Part shown: piece by piece, positions 24,116 through 36,618 of the stretch
How the letters are laid out: every line of letters begins with the position of its first letter
Position numbering within the stretch: position 1 is the stretch's first letter
Source: Chiloscyllium plagiosum
Taxonomy: Eukaryota
Reading direction: 5' to 3'
DNA length: 64,000 nt
Assembly: GCF_004010195.1 (NCBI RefSeq)
Contig: NC_057718.1
Coordinates: 92,026,039-92,090,038 of the forward strand
The notes under the pieces: model-generated
The model's input: the letters and a program-made list of their open reading frames with translations, nothing else
Database searches by the model: none
What the model was told of the DNA's origin: nothing
Position numbers and translations under genes: made by a program

Positions 24116-26036
24116 GTTGGCAAAAAACTCAAAATCCTCATGACCTTGTTTCAGTGGATGATTATAATGTTAACTAGATTTTTTTTAAATGACCTATCCA
24201 GCCAGATTTCATGCTGGAATCTAACTCATTCAGAAGTAACAGCTGGGATCATAATAATCTTCAAGCTAACCGAACTACAAGAACCAATGCACCTGCTTAC
24301 CTAAATTGTTTCCATTTTTTACCAAGATCATCTTTAAACCAAGTAACTACTCAACCAAAGAAATTTCAGGCCTGCATGAAAGTATTGCCTGTATTATAAT
24401 CAGTTTTTATAAGTACTGTCTTATATTGATTTGTACCTAAATGTTTGTGTGTATACTATAGGTGAGTTATATCAGTGAGACATCACGTTTTTGTTAACAC
24501 CTAGGTGAAATATGTGAAAAAACGTAATCTTCATTTTAGATACACAAAGCTTACTGCTGGGTTATTTAAAATGATGCAATTGCTCAAAGGGTAAGAAAAT
24601 ACATACATGCCCTAGAAATGTTGGTGCCCAAAGGAGAGTAAACAAAGAACACATGAACATGTCCATGACAGTTACCAATGATCAATTTCTATAAGAGTTG
24701 GAGTAAACTCTTATGTAATTTTTGTGTTTTATATGATATGTAAGATGCAAAGTAAAAATAATACAGAGCAACCAAAAGAGAAGAAAAATATCTGGAAATG
24801 ATTTTCTCTCCCCTACTATGGATGAAGCAAGGTTAGGTTATGGGTAGATGACCTTCCCCTAAAACATGACTGCTGAGCTGTTCACAGGCCTTTACTCCTT
24901 TCAGTCTATAGTACTTCCTAGTACTGCTCATGATTACCCTTTCCATTGGAAACAGCTCAGAGCTATCTTGAGTTCAGGCTTTTTGTTTTAAATATAGCCT
25001 TTAAAATATAATTGTTGTTGTTGTACAAGACATTAATTAGAATTTAGCTGGAGTATTGTTTTGTTTTGGGCCTGCTCTTTAGAAAGGATATGAACACATG
25101 GGATAAAGATTTTTAATTTCATTTGTGAGATATGGGCATCACTGGCTGGCTATTCCTAGTTACCCTTGAGAATGTGGTAGTGAGCTGCCTTCTTAAACTG
25201 CTGCATTCCACCTGCTGTGCGTTGACCCACTATGCTATTAGGGAGGGAATTCTAGGATTTTGATTCAGCATTAACAACGAAGTGGTGATCTGCTTCTAAA
25301 TCAGGTTGGTAAGCGCAGAAGATGTTTAAGAGATATTAGGTATCACAAATCTCAGTTATGAAGATAAATTGGAGAAGTCAGGGCTATTCTCCTGGGAGTG
25401 GAGAAGGTAAAGAGGAGATTTGATATAAGATTTCAAAATCCTTACGCCCAGACAATGTCGACAGAGAGAAACTGTCCTCTCACGTAAAACTGTCAAGAAT
25501 GAGAGGGCATAGATTTAAAGTGATTTACAAAACAAGTAAATGTAATGTGAGAGAAAACATTTTTGCACAGCAAATGGTTTGAGTTTTAAATGCACTGCCC
25601 GGAATAGTGGTGGACAAATTCTAATGAAAGTAATCAGGAGGGCACTAGCTGATCATTTAGATAGAAATAACCTGCAGAGTTAAGAGGAAATGGTGATGAA
25701 TGACATTAAGTCAAGTAGTTCATTAGAAAGCCCATACAGGGACAATTTCTGCACCACAGTTCAGTGATTTTATGATCCGTATTTTTTTATTCCTCTTTCT
25801 AAATATTCTGTTTCGTATAATTCAAAGTCTATCCCTAGTTTCCCTTGAAGGTGATGAGAAGCTGCCTTCTTGAACCACTGTAGTGTTTCTGAAAATAAGG
25901 GAATGAGTACAGTCAGGTAACTGGAATTAGTTTAAAACAGAGCACCAGCTTCAGGCTTCAAAATTGATTTGACTACAAGCAACAAAAGCAAAATAATATT
26001 CCTGTTCCTTCTTTCACCTGGCCTCAACTATTTGGA

Positions 26037-26264
26037 TTCTGGATTAGTGGTGCTGGAAGAGCACAGCAGTTCAGGCAGCATCTAAGGAGCTTCGAAATCG
26101 GTGTTTCGGGCAAAAGCCCTTCATCAAGAATGCTTTATTCCCGATGAAGGGCTTTTGCCCGAAACGTCGATTTCGAAGCTCCTTAGATGCTGCCTGAACT
26201 GCTGTGCTCTTCCAGCACCACTAATCCAGAATCTGGTTTCCAGCATCTGCAGTCATTGTTTTTA
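26037..26264. mobile_element. Penelope-like family B fold-back element
   Basis: About 95-bp inverted arms meeting near 26130, plus a tail tggtttccagcatctgcagtcattgttttta. Direct repeat cctcaactatttgga at 26022-26036 and 26265-26279. Confidence 0.9.
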
Positions 26265-26734
26265 CCTCAACTATTTGGAGTTCACCTAAGATGCAATTAC
26301 TAATGACCCAAACTCATTTAAATTTGCAGGTCCATGTTGTTCCCAGGAACCAGACATTCCTGCACACTGGCTCATGCATAGCAGAAGCTTATGCCTCAAA
26401 GCAACAGAGGATAATCAGCCTTTGCCACAGCAGTGACAATGACAGCTGGCACTAGGGCCTCCTGGCTGTGTTCCAAAAGTAGCAATCATCTGGCGTCAAG
26501 TGCTCGCTCTGTCCCACGTAAATAGGTTCCCTCCAATTTCATGCACTTTCTTTTTGTTTGTGATGCAAATCCCTGTCATATGCATTCACAAAGTCTATAT
26601 AAATAACTTTTACAGACATTCCCTTAGAAACCAGTTTAAGTACATTTCCAAAAATGTCAGCATGTTAATTAACTAGTTTCTGCTATCTCGCTCTCTCATC
26701 AGTCCGTATTAAACAAAGTGTTCTTGTTCCATAA

Positions 26735-28820
26735 AACCATATGATATAGGAGCAGAATTGGGTCATTCAGCCAAAGGGTCTGCATCAATCATGCTGATGT
26801 AAGACTAGAAGAAATAGGAACAAGATTAGACTGTTAGGCCCCTCTAATCTTCTCTGTCTTTCAATAGAATCGTGGCTGATCCGATGTTCTCAAATACGCT
26901 TTCCTACCCTTTCCCCATAACCATTGATTCCACTATTGAGCAAGAATATATTTATCTCAGCCTTAATTTACACTGCCGTTAAGGGTCTCTGTGACAAGGA
27001 GTTCCAAAGACTCTCAACTTGTGAGAAAAGAAATCCCTCCTCATCTCAGTCTTGAATTGACATCCCTGTATTCTAAAAAATGGCCTCTGATTTTAGACTC
27101 CCCCATGAAGAGTAGCATCCTCTCAGCACTTACCTTATCAAGCCCCTTGAGAATCCTATATGTTTCAATGAGATCACCTCTCATTCTTCTAAACTCCAGT
27201 CAACAGACTCCTAACCTGTTTAACGTTTACACATAAGGCAATCCCTCCCTACCAGAGTCATCTCAGTGAACCTTCTCAGAACTGGCTGCAGTGATATGAT
27301 ATCTTTCCTTAAACAAGGGAACCAAAACTGCTCACAGTACTCCAGATATGGCCTCACTAGCACCTTGTACAGTTGCAGTAAGACTTCCCTACTTTAACAG
27401 TCCAACCCCTTTGAAATAAGGATCAATATTCTATTAGCCTGATTATCTGCTGCACCTGTGTGCTAGCTTTCTGTGTTTCATGCACAAGTATCCCCCAAGT
27501 CCTATTGTGTTGCAGTTGCTGCAATTTCTCTCCATTTAAATAATATTATGTATCTTTGTTCTACTTTCCAAAATGAACAGCTTCGAATTTTCCCACATAG
27601 TACACCGTTTGGCAACTTTTTTCCCATTTACTTAACATATAAATATCTTTCTGTCAACTGACTATATCCCTCTCACAACCTGCCTTTCCACCTATTTTTA
27701 AGACATTTGCAAATTTGACTACAGTACCCTCATCTCCTTCCTCCAAGTCATTAATATATATTGTTAACAGTGGCAATCCTGGCTCTGATTCCTGTGGAAA
27801 CCACTGGTCGCAGGTCACCAATCTGAAAAAGAACACCTTATTCCCACTCGATGTTTCCTGTCCATGAGCCAATTCTCTGTCCATGCTAACATATTATCTC
27901 CAAAGTGACATCTTTTTATAATTTAACCTTTTGTGAGGTACTTTGTTGAATGCCTTCTGAAATTCCAAATACAACATATCTACTGGTTCCCCTCTACCCA
28001 TGCTGATTGAGACTTCCCTGAAAAATGTTAATAAATTAGTCAGACATGATTTCCCATTCAGAAAGCCATGCTGACTCTGCTTGATTAGATTTTGACTTTC
28101 CAAATGTTCTGTTGTTACTTCCTTAGTAATTGATTTGAATACTTTTCCAACAATAGATATTAGGTTAATTAGCCCATAGTTACCCACTTTTTACCTCTTT
28201 CCCATTTTGAATAGGGATGTCACAGTAACAGTTTTCCAATCCTGTGGTACCCCCACAGAATCCAATGGTTTTTGGAAAATAATAACTAATTCTTCCATTA
28301 TCTCTGTAGCTCCATCTTTTAGGATCCTAGGATGCAAGCCATCAGGGCCAGAGGACTTATCTGCCTTTAGCCCCATTAGTTTGTCAAGAATTACAGGTGG
28401 TTCTGCAGTAATGCATGTTTCTTCAATGTGAATTGGTTTTAACACAATTGAAGAATTTATACCTTTATTTGCAGAACACAAACTTTCCTTACCTGTATTG
28501 GATATAACACGATTCCAGTTCCATTAGTTTAAATGATGTGTCCATTGTGCAATTTTATTATAACGCGAGATTGCACGAGAACCAAATTATCGCATTATAT
28601 CAGAACCAACTGTACTTCTTTAGTCATGGTGATGGTACTTGATTCCTTCCCATATTCTTTAATATTAATGGAATGTTTGAGAATTTTCTACCATAAAGTC
28701 TGGTGCAAAATGTCTGCTTAACTCATCTGCTCTTTTCATGTTCCCTAAAACAGTTCCCCCTCCCCCCACCCAGGTCCATTTTCTAAGGGGCCTGTGTCCA
28801 ATTTGACTTCTCTCTCTGTG
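26735..28820 (-). mobile_element. Old CR1 LINE ORF2 and 3' end
   Basis: ORFs 28191..28481 (KSSGPDGLHPRILK), 27894..28187 (SQHGFLNGKSCLTNL) and 27654..27884 (IYINDLEEG..KFAN). Confidence 0.88.
28394..28612. mobile_element. Tc1/mariner (Tigger/pogo-like) MITE inserted in the CR1
   Basis: Termini caggtggttctgcagtaatgc and, reverse-complemented, cagttggttctgatataatgc (17/21 match); TA on both sides (28392-28393, 28613-28614). Confidence 0.7.
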
Positions 28821-29398
28821 ACTATATATTCTCCACCCTCTGGCTGAAGAAATTCCTCCTCATCTTAGTTCTGAAAAGTTGTCCATTCACTCTGAGGCTG
28901 TGCCCTTGGGTCCTAGTCTCTCCTACTAGTGGAAACATGTTTTCCAAGTCCACTCTATCCATGCCAGTCAGTTTTCTGCAAATTTCAATGAGATACCCAC
29001 TCCATTGAATTCAGACCCAGCATCTTCAACCACCCCTGATATGAGAAGCCCTTCATTCTCCTAAAGATATTAATTAATTCCCCATAGTAGACAATAAACT
29101 AAGAAATCTAAAACTTCCTGGCCTGTCTCTCATGTATTTTTAAAATAATAGTGTGACATTCACAATTCAAGGGATCAATTCCTAAATGGGAAGAGCTCAG
29201 GTGAGGTAAGTGGATTTGGGTGGAATGTAAGAGATCCATGGTCATACCATCTGAAGCTTGTAATTCGTGGCAAGTAGCAGCCTGAGAAGGAAATGAGATT
29301 TGAGAAAGTGCATAAGGAAATAACACATAATGAACCCAAATATTTATAGCAACCCCAGATGCATTAGACTTGGTCACAGTTGCCCACATAATGCAGAG

Positions 29399-29594
29399 AT
29401 GGAAATGTGTTGCTGGAAAAGCGCAGCAGGTCAGGCAGCATCTAGGAAACAGGAGAATCGACGTTTCGGGCATTAAGAAGGGCTAATGCCCGAAACGTCG
29501 GTTCTCCTGTTCCCTAGATGCTGCCTGGCCTGCTGGGCTTTTCCAGCAACACATTTCCATCTCTGATCTCCAGCATCTGCAGACCTCACTTTCT
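29399..29594. mobile_element. Penelope-like family B fold-back element
   Basis: Inverted arms meeting at about 29473 inside the hammerhead. Direct repeat ccacataatgcagag at 29384-29398 and 29595-29609. Confidence 0.9.
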
Positions 29595-29944
29595 CCACAT
29601 AATGCAGAGCACTGTCTCCCTCAGAAGGGAGGCTGCATGCATGCCCATCATCTCTGGTTTGTTCCTCCTGTTGGTGGCCATCTTGGCTTGCAAGAAAGAA
29701 GGAAGAGTTTGTGTTGCAATATGTTTGGATGATAAGTCTGCTGTGCCTAAAAATCTGGAAAAATGTAGAAGCTGCAAAAGTTGAATGTGAAGATGGCAAT
29801 TGTGTGAGTGAGACGAAGAGACTCAATGTTAGGCCAGTCTGATTTCTATCTGGTGAGTAATGAGGTTGTGATGCATTGAGCATAATGAATAAAGATTGTT
29901 GATTTCATGACTGTGGAGATGTTCTTTGAGGATGCATTCACTGA

Positions 29945-30183
29945 ACTTGTCCATCATTGTGAGGTCATTAAACTTCTTCTGACACTACCACAATATTATT
30001 GAGGCTGGTCTACAGAAATCAATCTTCATGGTCACCTGCTCATTACCTTCTCAGGTTTTGCCTTAAGAACCACCACCCCATCACAGACATTGCTTCTCCT
30101 CCTGACCATTTTCTGCAACAGTGCCTCCATCCCCATACCAGCTGAAGTTACCAAGAAGGTCTCTCCTTCTCAACATTGTCCAT
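29945..30183 (-). pseudogene. Decayed Myb/SANT-like DNA-binding domain, probably PIF/Harbinger accessory ORF
   Basis: Minus-strand reading MDNVEGE..MEALLQKMVRRR..LRR**.QV..W*CQKKFNDLT resembles the QCxKKxNDL signature of Harbinger Myb-like proteins. Confidence 0.55.
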
Positions 30184-30195
30184 CGCCCAAGACGT

Positions 30196-30452
30196 TTTTT
30201 TAGATTTTTTAGATTAGATTACATTACAGTGTGGAAACAGGCCCTTCGGCCCAACAAGTCCACACCGACCCCGCCGAAGTGCAACCCACCCATATCCTTA
30301 CATTTACCCCTTACCTAACACTACGGGCAATTTAGCATGGCCAATTCACCTGACCTGCACATCTTTGGACTGTGGGAGGAAACCGGAGTACCCAGAGGAA
30401 ACCCACGCAGACACGGGGAGAATGTGCAAACTCCACACAGTCAGTCGCCTGA
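30196..30452 (-). mobile_element. HE1-like (V-domain) SINE, 5'-truncated
   Basis: Contains the V-SINE core gagtttgcacattctccccgtgtctgcgtgggtttcc and a CR1-like tail with ctaat repeats; aagacgt on both sides. Confidence 0.88.
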
Positions 30453-31444
30453 AGACGTGGTGACTCCCAGGTTAAGCCACCACCTGTCATCTCTCGCTAA
30501 TGAGAGAGCAGACCTATGGTCCTCTGAGACTATGATGATTTTGTTTTATAAAAATGACTATAGTACTGCATCAGAAAAGGTGGGGGACCTCTTTGTTTCC
30601 TGCTAGTCCATTAGGAGGGCTTCTCCTTGTAGCCAATTCCTTCACAGGCAGTCACGAGAAGCTTCTATTTTGTGATTGTTACTTCAGTTTAAGACAGGTT
30701 TGCGGACTGGTTGGAACATGTGTGCCCTGCACAGTGCTGGGTCTCCTTTTGAGTGTGGACCCACTCAGCAGTGTGTTATGTATCGGAATGCAATTTGCAT
30801 CATTGAAATGAGCAGGCAGTGTCAAGTTTCCATGCTTCTTGCTTCACCTGAACTCAGCACACATTGTGAAAACCAGCCAAATCCAGTTTCTCACTCAAAC
30901 ATTTTCAATCTTCTACTCTGTATTATCAAATATATCTCCTATCATCACGAAGTTTGATATAGATACTAAAGCTAAAGTACATTTTTATAATGAATTGCCA
31001 ATATAGTTGAGCTGTTGGCAATGTACTTCCTGCCAATAGACCAAGGTCTGATAACATTATCACAGGTAGAATTTAAACGTGTTTCTTTCACCGGGTCATA
31101 AAACATTTGTTTCCAATGGTCATTTGTTTTCAAAATAATACCTTTGTTTTTTTTCCCTCCTCACAACAGTTCCCTACTATGGAGCATTGAATGACAGCAC
31201 TATTATTTGAACGTGTTAATATTATAGTGCTGATCCACACTAAATGTTCCTTGTCTCAGCTTCATTAACATGCTTAGTAATGACTTCTTTTGTGGCCTGT
31301 GAAGTATTCCTTGTTGATATATCACAACTCAACTGGAGTAAGTGCGCTTATAACTATTCCCAACTGTTCATAAGTTGTCACAAACTGTATGCATGTATAA
31401 AATTCAAATGAGATCTCCAAAACCTAATTTGCCTAACTGCCTTA

Positions 31445-32175
31445 CAGTCATTGAGTCATAGGGATATACAACACGGAAACAGACCTTTCGGATCCAACTC
31501 CTCCATGCCAACCAGATATTCTAAATTAATCTAGTCCCATTTGTCAGCACTTGGCCCATATCCCTCTGAACCCTTCCTATTCTTATACTCATCCAGATGC
31601 CTATTAAATGTTATAATTGTACCAGCCTCTAACATTTCCTCTGGTGGCTTATTTCATACACGCACCACCCTTTTGTGAAAAAGTTGCCCCTTAGGTCCCT
31701 TTTAAATTTTACCCCTGTCACCCTAAACCTATGCCCTCTAGTTCTGGACTCTCCCATCTAAGTAAAAAAACCTTGTCTATTTACCCTATCGATGTCTCTC
31801 ATGATTATACAAACCTCTATAAGATCACCCTTCAGCTTCTGATGCTCCAGCGAAAAAAGTCCCAGCCTATTCAACCTCTCCCTATAGATCAAACTTTCCA
31901 ACACTGGCAACATCCTTGTAAAGCTTTTCTGAACCCTTTCAACATCCTTCCTTTCAAAGGGAGACCAGACTGGCACACGGTATTGCAAAAGTGGCCTAAC
32001 CAATGTCTCATTCTTGATGAAAGGCTTATGCCCGAAATGTCGATTCTCCTGCTCCTCGGATGCTGCCTGACCTGCTGTGCTTTTCCAGCACCACATTCTT
32101 GACTCTGATCTCCAGCATCTGCAGTCCTCACTTTCTCCTAACCAATATCCTGCAGAGCTGCAACATGGCTTCTAC
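31445..32175 (-). mobile_element. CR1 3' fragment interrupted by a Penelope-like terminus
   Basis: ORF 31758..32096 includes TLVRPLLQY..WSP..RKDVERVQKSFTRMLP; CR1 tail at about 31445-31560. Confidence 0.85.
32005..32136 (+). mobile_element. Penelope-like family B terminus with mutated hammerhead
   Basis: cattcttgatgaaaggcttatgcccgaaatgtcgattctcc...catctgcagtcctcactttct. Direct repeat cctaaccaat at 31995-32004 and 32137-32146. Confidence 0.85.
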
Positions 32176-32264
32176 CAAGGACAGCAGCAATTCACACAAA
32201 GTTTCTTCAGAAACACAATAACTTTATTGCAATACACTGAACTTGAGCAAGAACTGTGAAAATT

Positions 32265-33690
32265 AAAGTTAAAAATCACACAACACCAGGTTATAGTCCA
32301 ACAGGTTGAATTGGAAGCACTAGCTGTCGGAGCACTGCTCCTTCATCAGGTGGTTGTGGAGGACACAATTGTAAGGCACAGAATTTATAGCAAAAGTTTA
32401 CAGTGTGATGTAACTGAAATTATACATTTAAAAATACTGTGATTGTCTGTTGAGTCTTTCATCTGTTCGAATACCATGATAGTTTCACTTCTTTCATGTG
32501 GAAATCACAAAACTTTTTTTTTAAATTGCATTCTCAGGTTAACTGTAACAATTGGTGTTAGCTAGGCAATATGTTGAAGGTGTTAACCCCCTGTGTTCTC
32601 TGTCTTTGCCATGATGTTTAGGTTGATTCTAATCTAAAAAGTGAGATAACAGAGTTTTACATGAATTCATGCAGTTTTTGAGCAAAGTACAATGTAACTC
32701 TACAAGTATAAATCCACCCCACAAACATATATGTATATATGTCCATGTGGATCTTTGTGTGTGTGCGTGTATGTGTGTCTGTCTGTCTGGGTTGGGGGTT
32801 GGGAGTGTGAGAGAGTGTGTATATGTGTGTGTATGTGAGTGTAGAATGTCTTAAGTCTGTGAGGGAGTGTGTGAGTGTGTGCGTGTGTGTCTGGGGTGGG
32901 GGGTTGTCAGTGTCTGTGAGAGAGAGTGTATATGTATATGTGTGTGTATGAGTGTGGAGTGGTCTAAGTCTCCGAGAGAATGCATGTGTGAGGTTGAGAG
33001 TGTATGTGTCTGTAAGGGTGTGTGTGTGTGTCTGTGTGCGGGTCTGTGTATATGGTGTGTCCGTGTGTATGTGTGTGTGTACAGGAGTGCCTGTGTGTGT
33101 GCAATGGTGGTCACCTGTAGTGTGGCATGAACCCAAGGTCCCAGTTGAGGCCCTCCCTATGGGTATGGAACAGCTATCAGCCTCTGCTCGGCCACTTTTC
33201 ACTGCTGCCTGTCCCGAAGTCCACCTTGAAGGATGGTCACCCCAAGGTCCGAGGTCGAATGTCCTGGACCGCTGAAGTATTCCACAACTGGGAGGGAACA
33301 CTCCTGTCTGTTGATTGTTGAGCAGTGCCCATTCATCTGTTGCCGTAGCCTTTGCTTGGTTTCCCCAATGTACCATGCCTCAGGGCACCCTTGTCTGCAA
33401 CGTATAAGATAGACAACATTGGCTGAGTTACATGATTACCTGCCATGTACATGGTGGGAGGTGACCCCACATGTAATGGTGATATCCATGTCCACACTCT
33501 GACATGTCTTGTAGCGCCTACCGTGACAGGGTTGTATGGAGTTGTCCTGCGAGCCGGGCAGTTTGCTACAAACAATGATCTTTTTGAGGTTTGCCGGTTG
33601 TTTAAAGGCAAACAGTGGAGGTGTGGAGAAGGTATTGGCAGGTGCTCATCCTCATTGATAATGTGTTGCAGGTCATGAACTGTATTAGAC
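32265..33690 (-). mobile_element. Penelope-like element family A, 5'-truncated: GIY-YIG endonuclease relic, CA-rich 3' UTR, hammerhead terminus
   Basis: Minus-strand frame VVYLIRCRQGCPEAWYIGETKQRLRQQMNGH...[14 protein letters not shown] (stop 33111-33113). Terminus cacCTGATGAaGGAGCagtGCTCCGAcAGCTAgtg near 32318-32355. Confidence 0.9.
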
Positions 33691-33849
33691 GGTAGCTCTT
33701 TTCTATTTCCTGAGAGCACTGCTCCTGAAATTTAGATTTTTTGCATGTGATTATTGAAGCTGTGCATCTGCAAAAGGAGTATGTCACCAGCCCACCATTT
33801 AGGAAGGTCCTCATCATGAAGGTATTGTTTCAGGGTCTGTAGGCAACAA

Positions 33850-34400
33850 ATTGTCACCTGGATATGAAGGCACATCAGCATCTGGTCACTTTTCCTAAGA
33901 GGAGAGGGCATTCTGACTTTTGGACATTGAGTTCCCTGCAGGTGCGTATTAATATAGCACCCCTTTGTCCACCGGCATCCTTGGTGAACAGAAATGGACT
34001 CTAATTCATTATTGTTCAAATTATTTGTGAGCACAACAGCCATATGTAGCATGGCTGTGGTAGATAACCAAAGAGCTGCGGTGATTCTTATATCCTGGAT
34101 CACTCCCAGGTGCCGGGATCTTTCAAAATAATTGGTCTACAATGAGTATTGCTGGAACACACGGTATCCTCCTCTATACTGGCTGATGATGTGTCAAAAA
34201 TATCCTCGACTTCCAGCAAGAACTGCCCACACTTCGGCCAGGGTCATTGTAGAACAGCCCACAGGCCTCCTGAAAATTAGGTTCAGATATCTAATTCAGG
34301 TGATCACTTGTGGTATACCCAGACATGGTATCCCAAATCTTATCAGTATGATCCACAATCTCCATCGCCAAAGGCAAAAGAGAAACCCCTCGGGAGAAAG
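33850..34400 (+). pseudogene. PIF/Harbinger DDE transposase relic (HARBI1-like)
   Basis: Degenerate LVNRNGL*FIIVQIICEHNSHM*HGCGR*PKSCGDSYIL and YPPLYWLMM..AHTSARVIVEQPTGLLKIRFRYL..MIHNL, resembling Harbinger motifs NRKG..S.NVQ, PGS.HDS.IL and R..IE..G.LK.RF.CL. Confidence 0.75.
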
Positions 34401-34424
34401 ATAAGAGTGGGAATCCTGAGGTCT

Positions 34425-34767
34425 TTTAAAAATTCATAAATAGGATGAGGGCATTGCTGGTTAGACTGATATTTAATTGCCCATCCCTAATTTTCCAGAG
34501 GGCAATTAAGAGTCAACCACATTGCTGTGGGTCTGGAGTCACACAAAGGCCTGAACAAGTAAGGATGCCAGTTTCCTTTCTGAAAAAAGCTGGGCTTTTC
34601 TAACGATCAATCATTAAGAATCATAATTACCCTCTTAATTGCAGATTTTTATTGAATTTAGAATCCACCATCTGTTGTGGTGGGATTTGAATCCAGGTCC
34701 CCAAAACATTACCTGGGTCTCTGGATTAACAGTCTAGCAATTATGCAGGTAAGCCATCACCTCCCCT
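34425..34767 (-). mobile_element. SacSINE1-like tRNA-derived SINE with L2-like tail
   Basis: Reverse complement begins gggaggtgatggc..ctagactgttaatccagagacccaggtaatg..ggattcaaatcccacc, has central gtgactccagacccacagcaatgtggttgactcttaa, and ends aattagggatgggcaat. The family name is from memory. Confidence 0.7.
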
Positions 34768-36244
34768 TTGTGGGCTTGGATAAGTGTCAAACGGATGAAA
34801 AGAGGGAATGGTCCACAGAGGTCAGAGCCAACCTTCAGTCACCTTCCAGGGTGACTGAACATATATTTGGCAACAGTATAATGCTATGCCAGGGAGGAAT
34901 AAATAGTCATTGACTTAATTCGACTGGAAGCCACCACAATGCCAAACATGTCCACTGGCTATGTAGGGGTAACATTGCTTTGATAATGAAGGAGCTGTGT
35001 AGTTGCAGCAGGAAATGGAATAAAAGATGATGTTCTAGATTCCTGCCAGAGAAGGAAGATAATCAAGACCTTCACATGCAAAGTCAGCTAGAAGGTGGCT
35101 AAGGCTGTAAATTACAGTACAATCATAAATAAGATAAGGAGATAGTGGGAAAGAAATGTAATCACCCCATCAGAAAGGGAAAATAAATGCTGATCTTTGT
35201 AAATGTAAGCTGCATTTCTAACGTCTTGTTAGTGTCTAATGTCCCCTATTCCACTTTATAAAGTTCTTTAAAGTTAAAGTAAGAATGCAGAGTCGTCTAC
35301 TCACTGAAGAACATGCACTGGTCCAATATTCCTTAATTCTACATATAAAATGAATACACATAGGCCTGTTACATACTTGAAGATAGATAATTGAGCCATT
35401 CTAAAACATAGTTTTGACCTTGTATAAAAGCCTTGTACCTCAAAATATGTTCACAGTTTATATTAGCTTGAAACATTAAAGCAATCATAAAATTCTAAAC
35501 CTATGATTTTAATTTGACCTGGCTTTCGTTTCTGGAGAAATTGCTTTACAACTGACCACAATTAAACAAAATATAAGTTAATTCCTCACTTGCTTAATCA
35601 AATCAGAATTATTAAAACATTAATACTACAAATGAGCTACAAATCATCTCACAACTTATTAATATATTAAATGTATCTTCTTTTGAAGCACAGTTATAAA
35701 AAATGTCATTTATTGAAGATCAATTAAGTTGCTCCATGACTGTAAAGAAATGTCTTCTGATAGTATGCATTATTAAGGAACAACGTATTTGCACAAGTTT
35801 GTTGAGTTCCGACAGAATGGCAAAGGCCATTCCAAAGTGGTGCAGGTTGAAGTCACGTGCCTTTAGAACAGATGCGGTGCTAATTGATTTTTAAATACTG
35901 AACGTGAATACAGGGTCCATTACTGACCAATGTTAAAGTGGGACAACTTAAAACAGGGACATACCATAAAGTTGAATGGTGTAAGTGGTTGTAATATTGG
36001 TCTGCATCAAGATTTTTTTTGTGCAGCTCTCAAAACATTCTTGTTTTTGTAACTCTCCCCTAAGTTATGTCCATGTGATCAGCAATCATTAGATAGCCTG
36101 GATTACAAATTGTTGTGACATTCTGTTATGACAAGTGCTTTAAGTTTTACAAGACTGCTTTAACATCTTCAGGAAAGGAGAGAACCAGCGAGGAAGTGTG
36201 CCAAATAAATAAAACAGGAAAACAGACTTGAGTTTTTCTTCTCG

Positions 36245-36357
36245 ACAAAAAAAACCGAAAGAATTGCAGATGCTGGAAACAAGAAGAAGGGTCACTGGAC
36301 CCAAAATGTTAACGTTGATTTCTCTCCACAGATTTTCCAGCAATTTCTGTTTTTGTT
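36245..36357. mobile_element. Decayed Penelope-like family C terminus, possible small fold-back
   Basis: gaagaaGGGTCactGGACCCaaaatgttaac resembles a degraded hammerhead; flanked by inverted tail pieces gctggaaa and tttccagc. Confidence 0.5.
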
Positions 36358-36618
36358 GGCTTTTCCTTCAACATTTATTCATGTATTTGAATTGACTAGT
36401 GGTGGCATTGACACAAACTGGAAATTTTCCTCCCTTTCCTCGTTTTGTTCTATTGATTTGCTGGTATTGTCAGATTCCTCGTGGTATATCATTCACTTGT
36501 GATTGAATCCTGATAATTTAATATGGCCAGCTCTTCCATTGTTATTGGTGAAAATGGTCCTTGAAAGGTAATCGATCAAGATAATGAGCCAGGACTTACC
36601 AATGACAATCAAACTGTC

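Noticed and set aside
32657..33376. 239-aa His/Thr-rich ORF
   Set aside because: Off-frame reading of the Penelope GIY-YIG region running into a CA-repeat 3' UTR.
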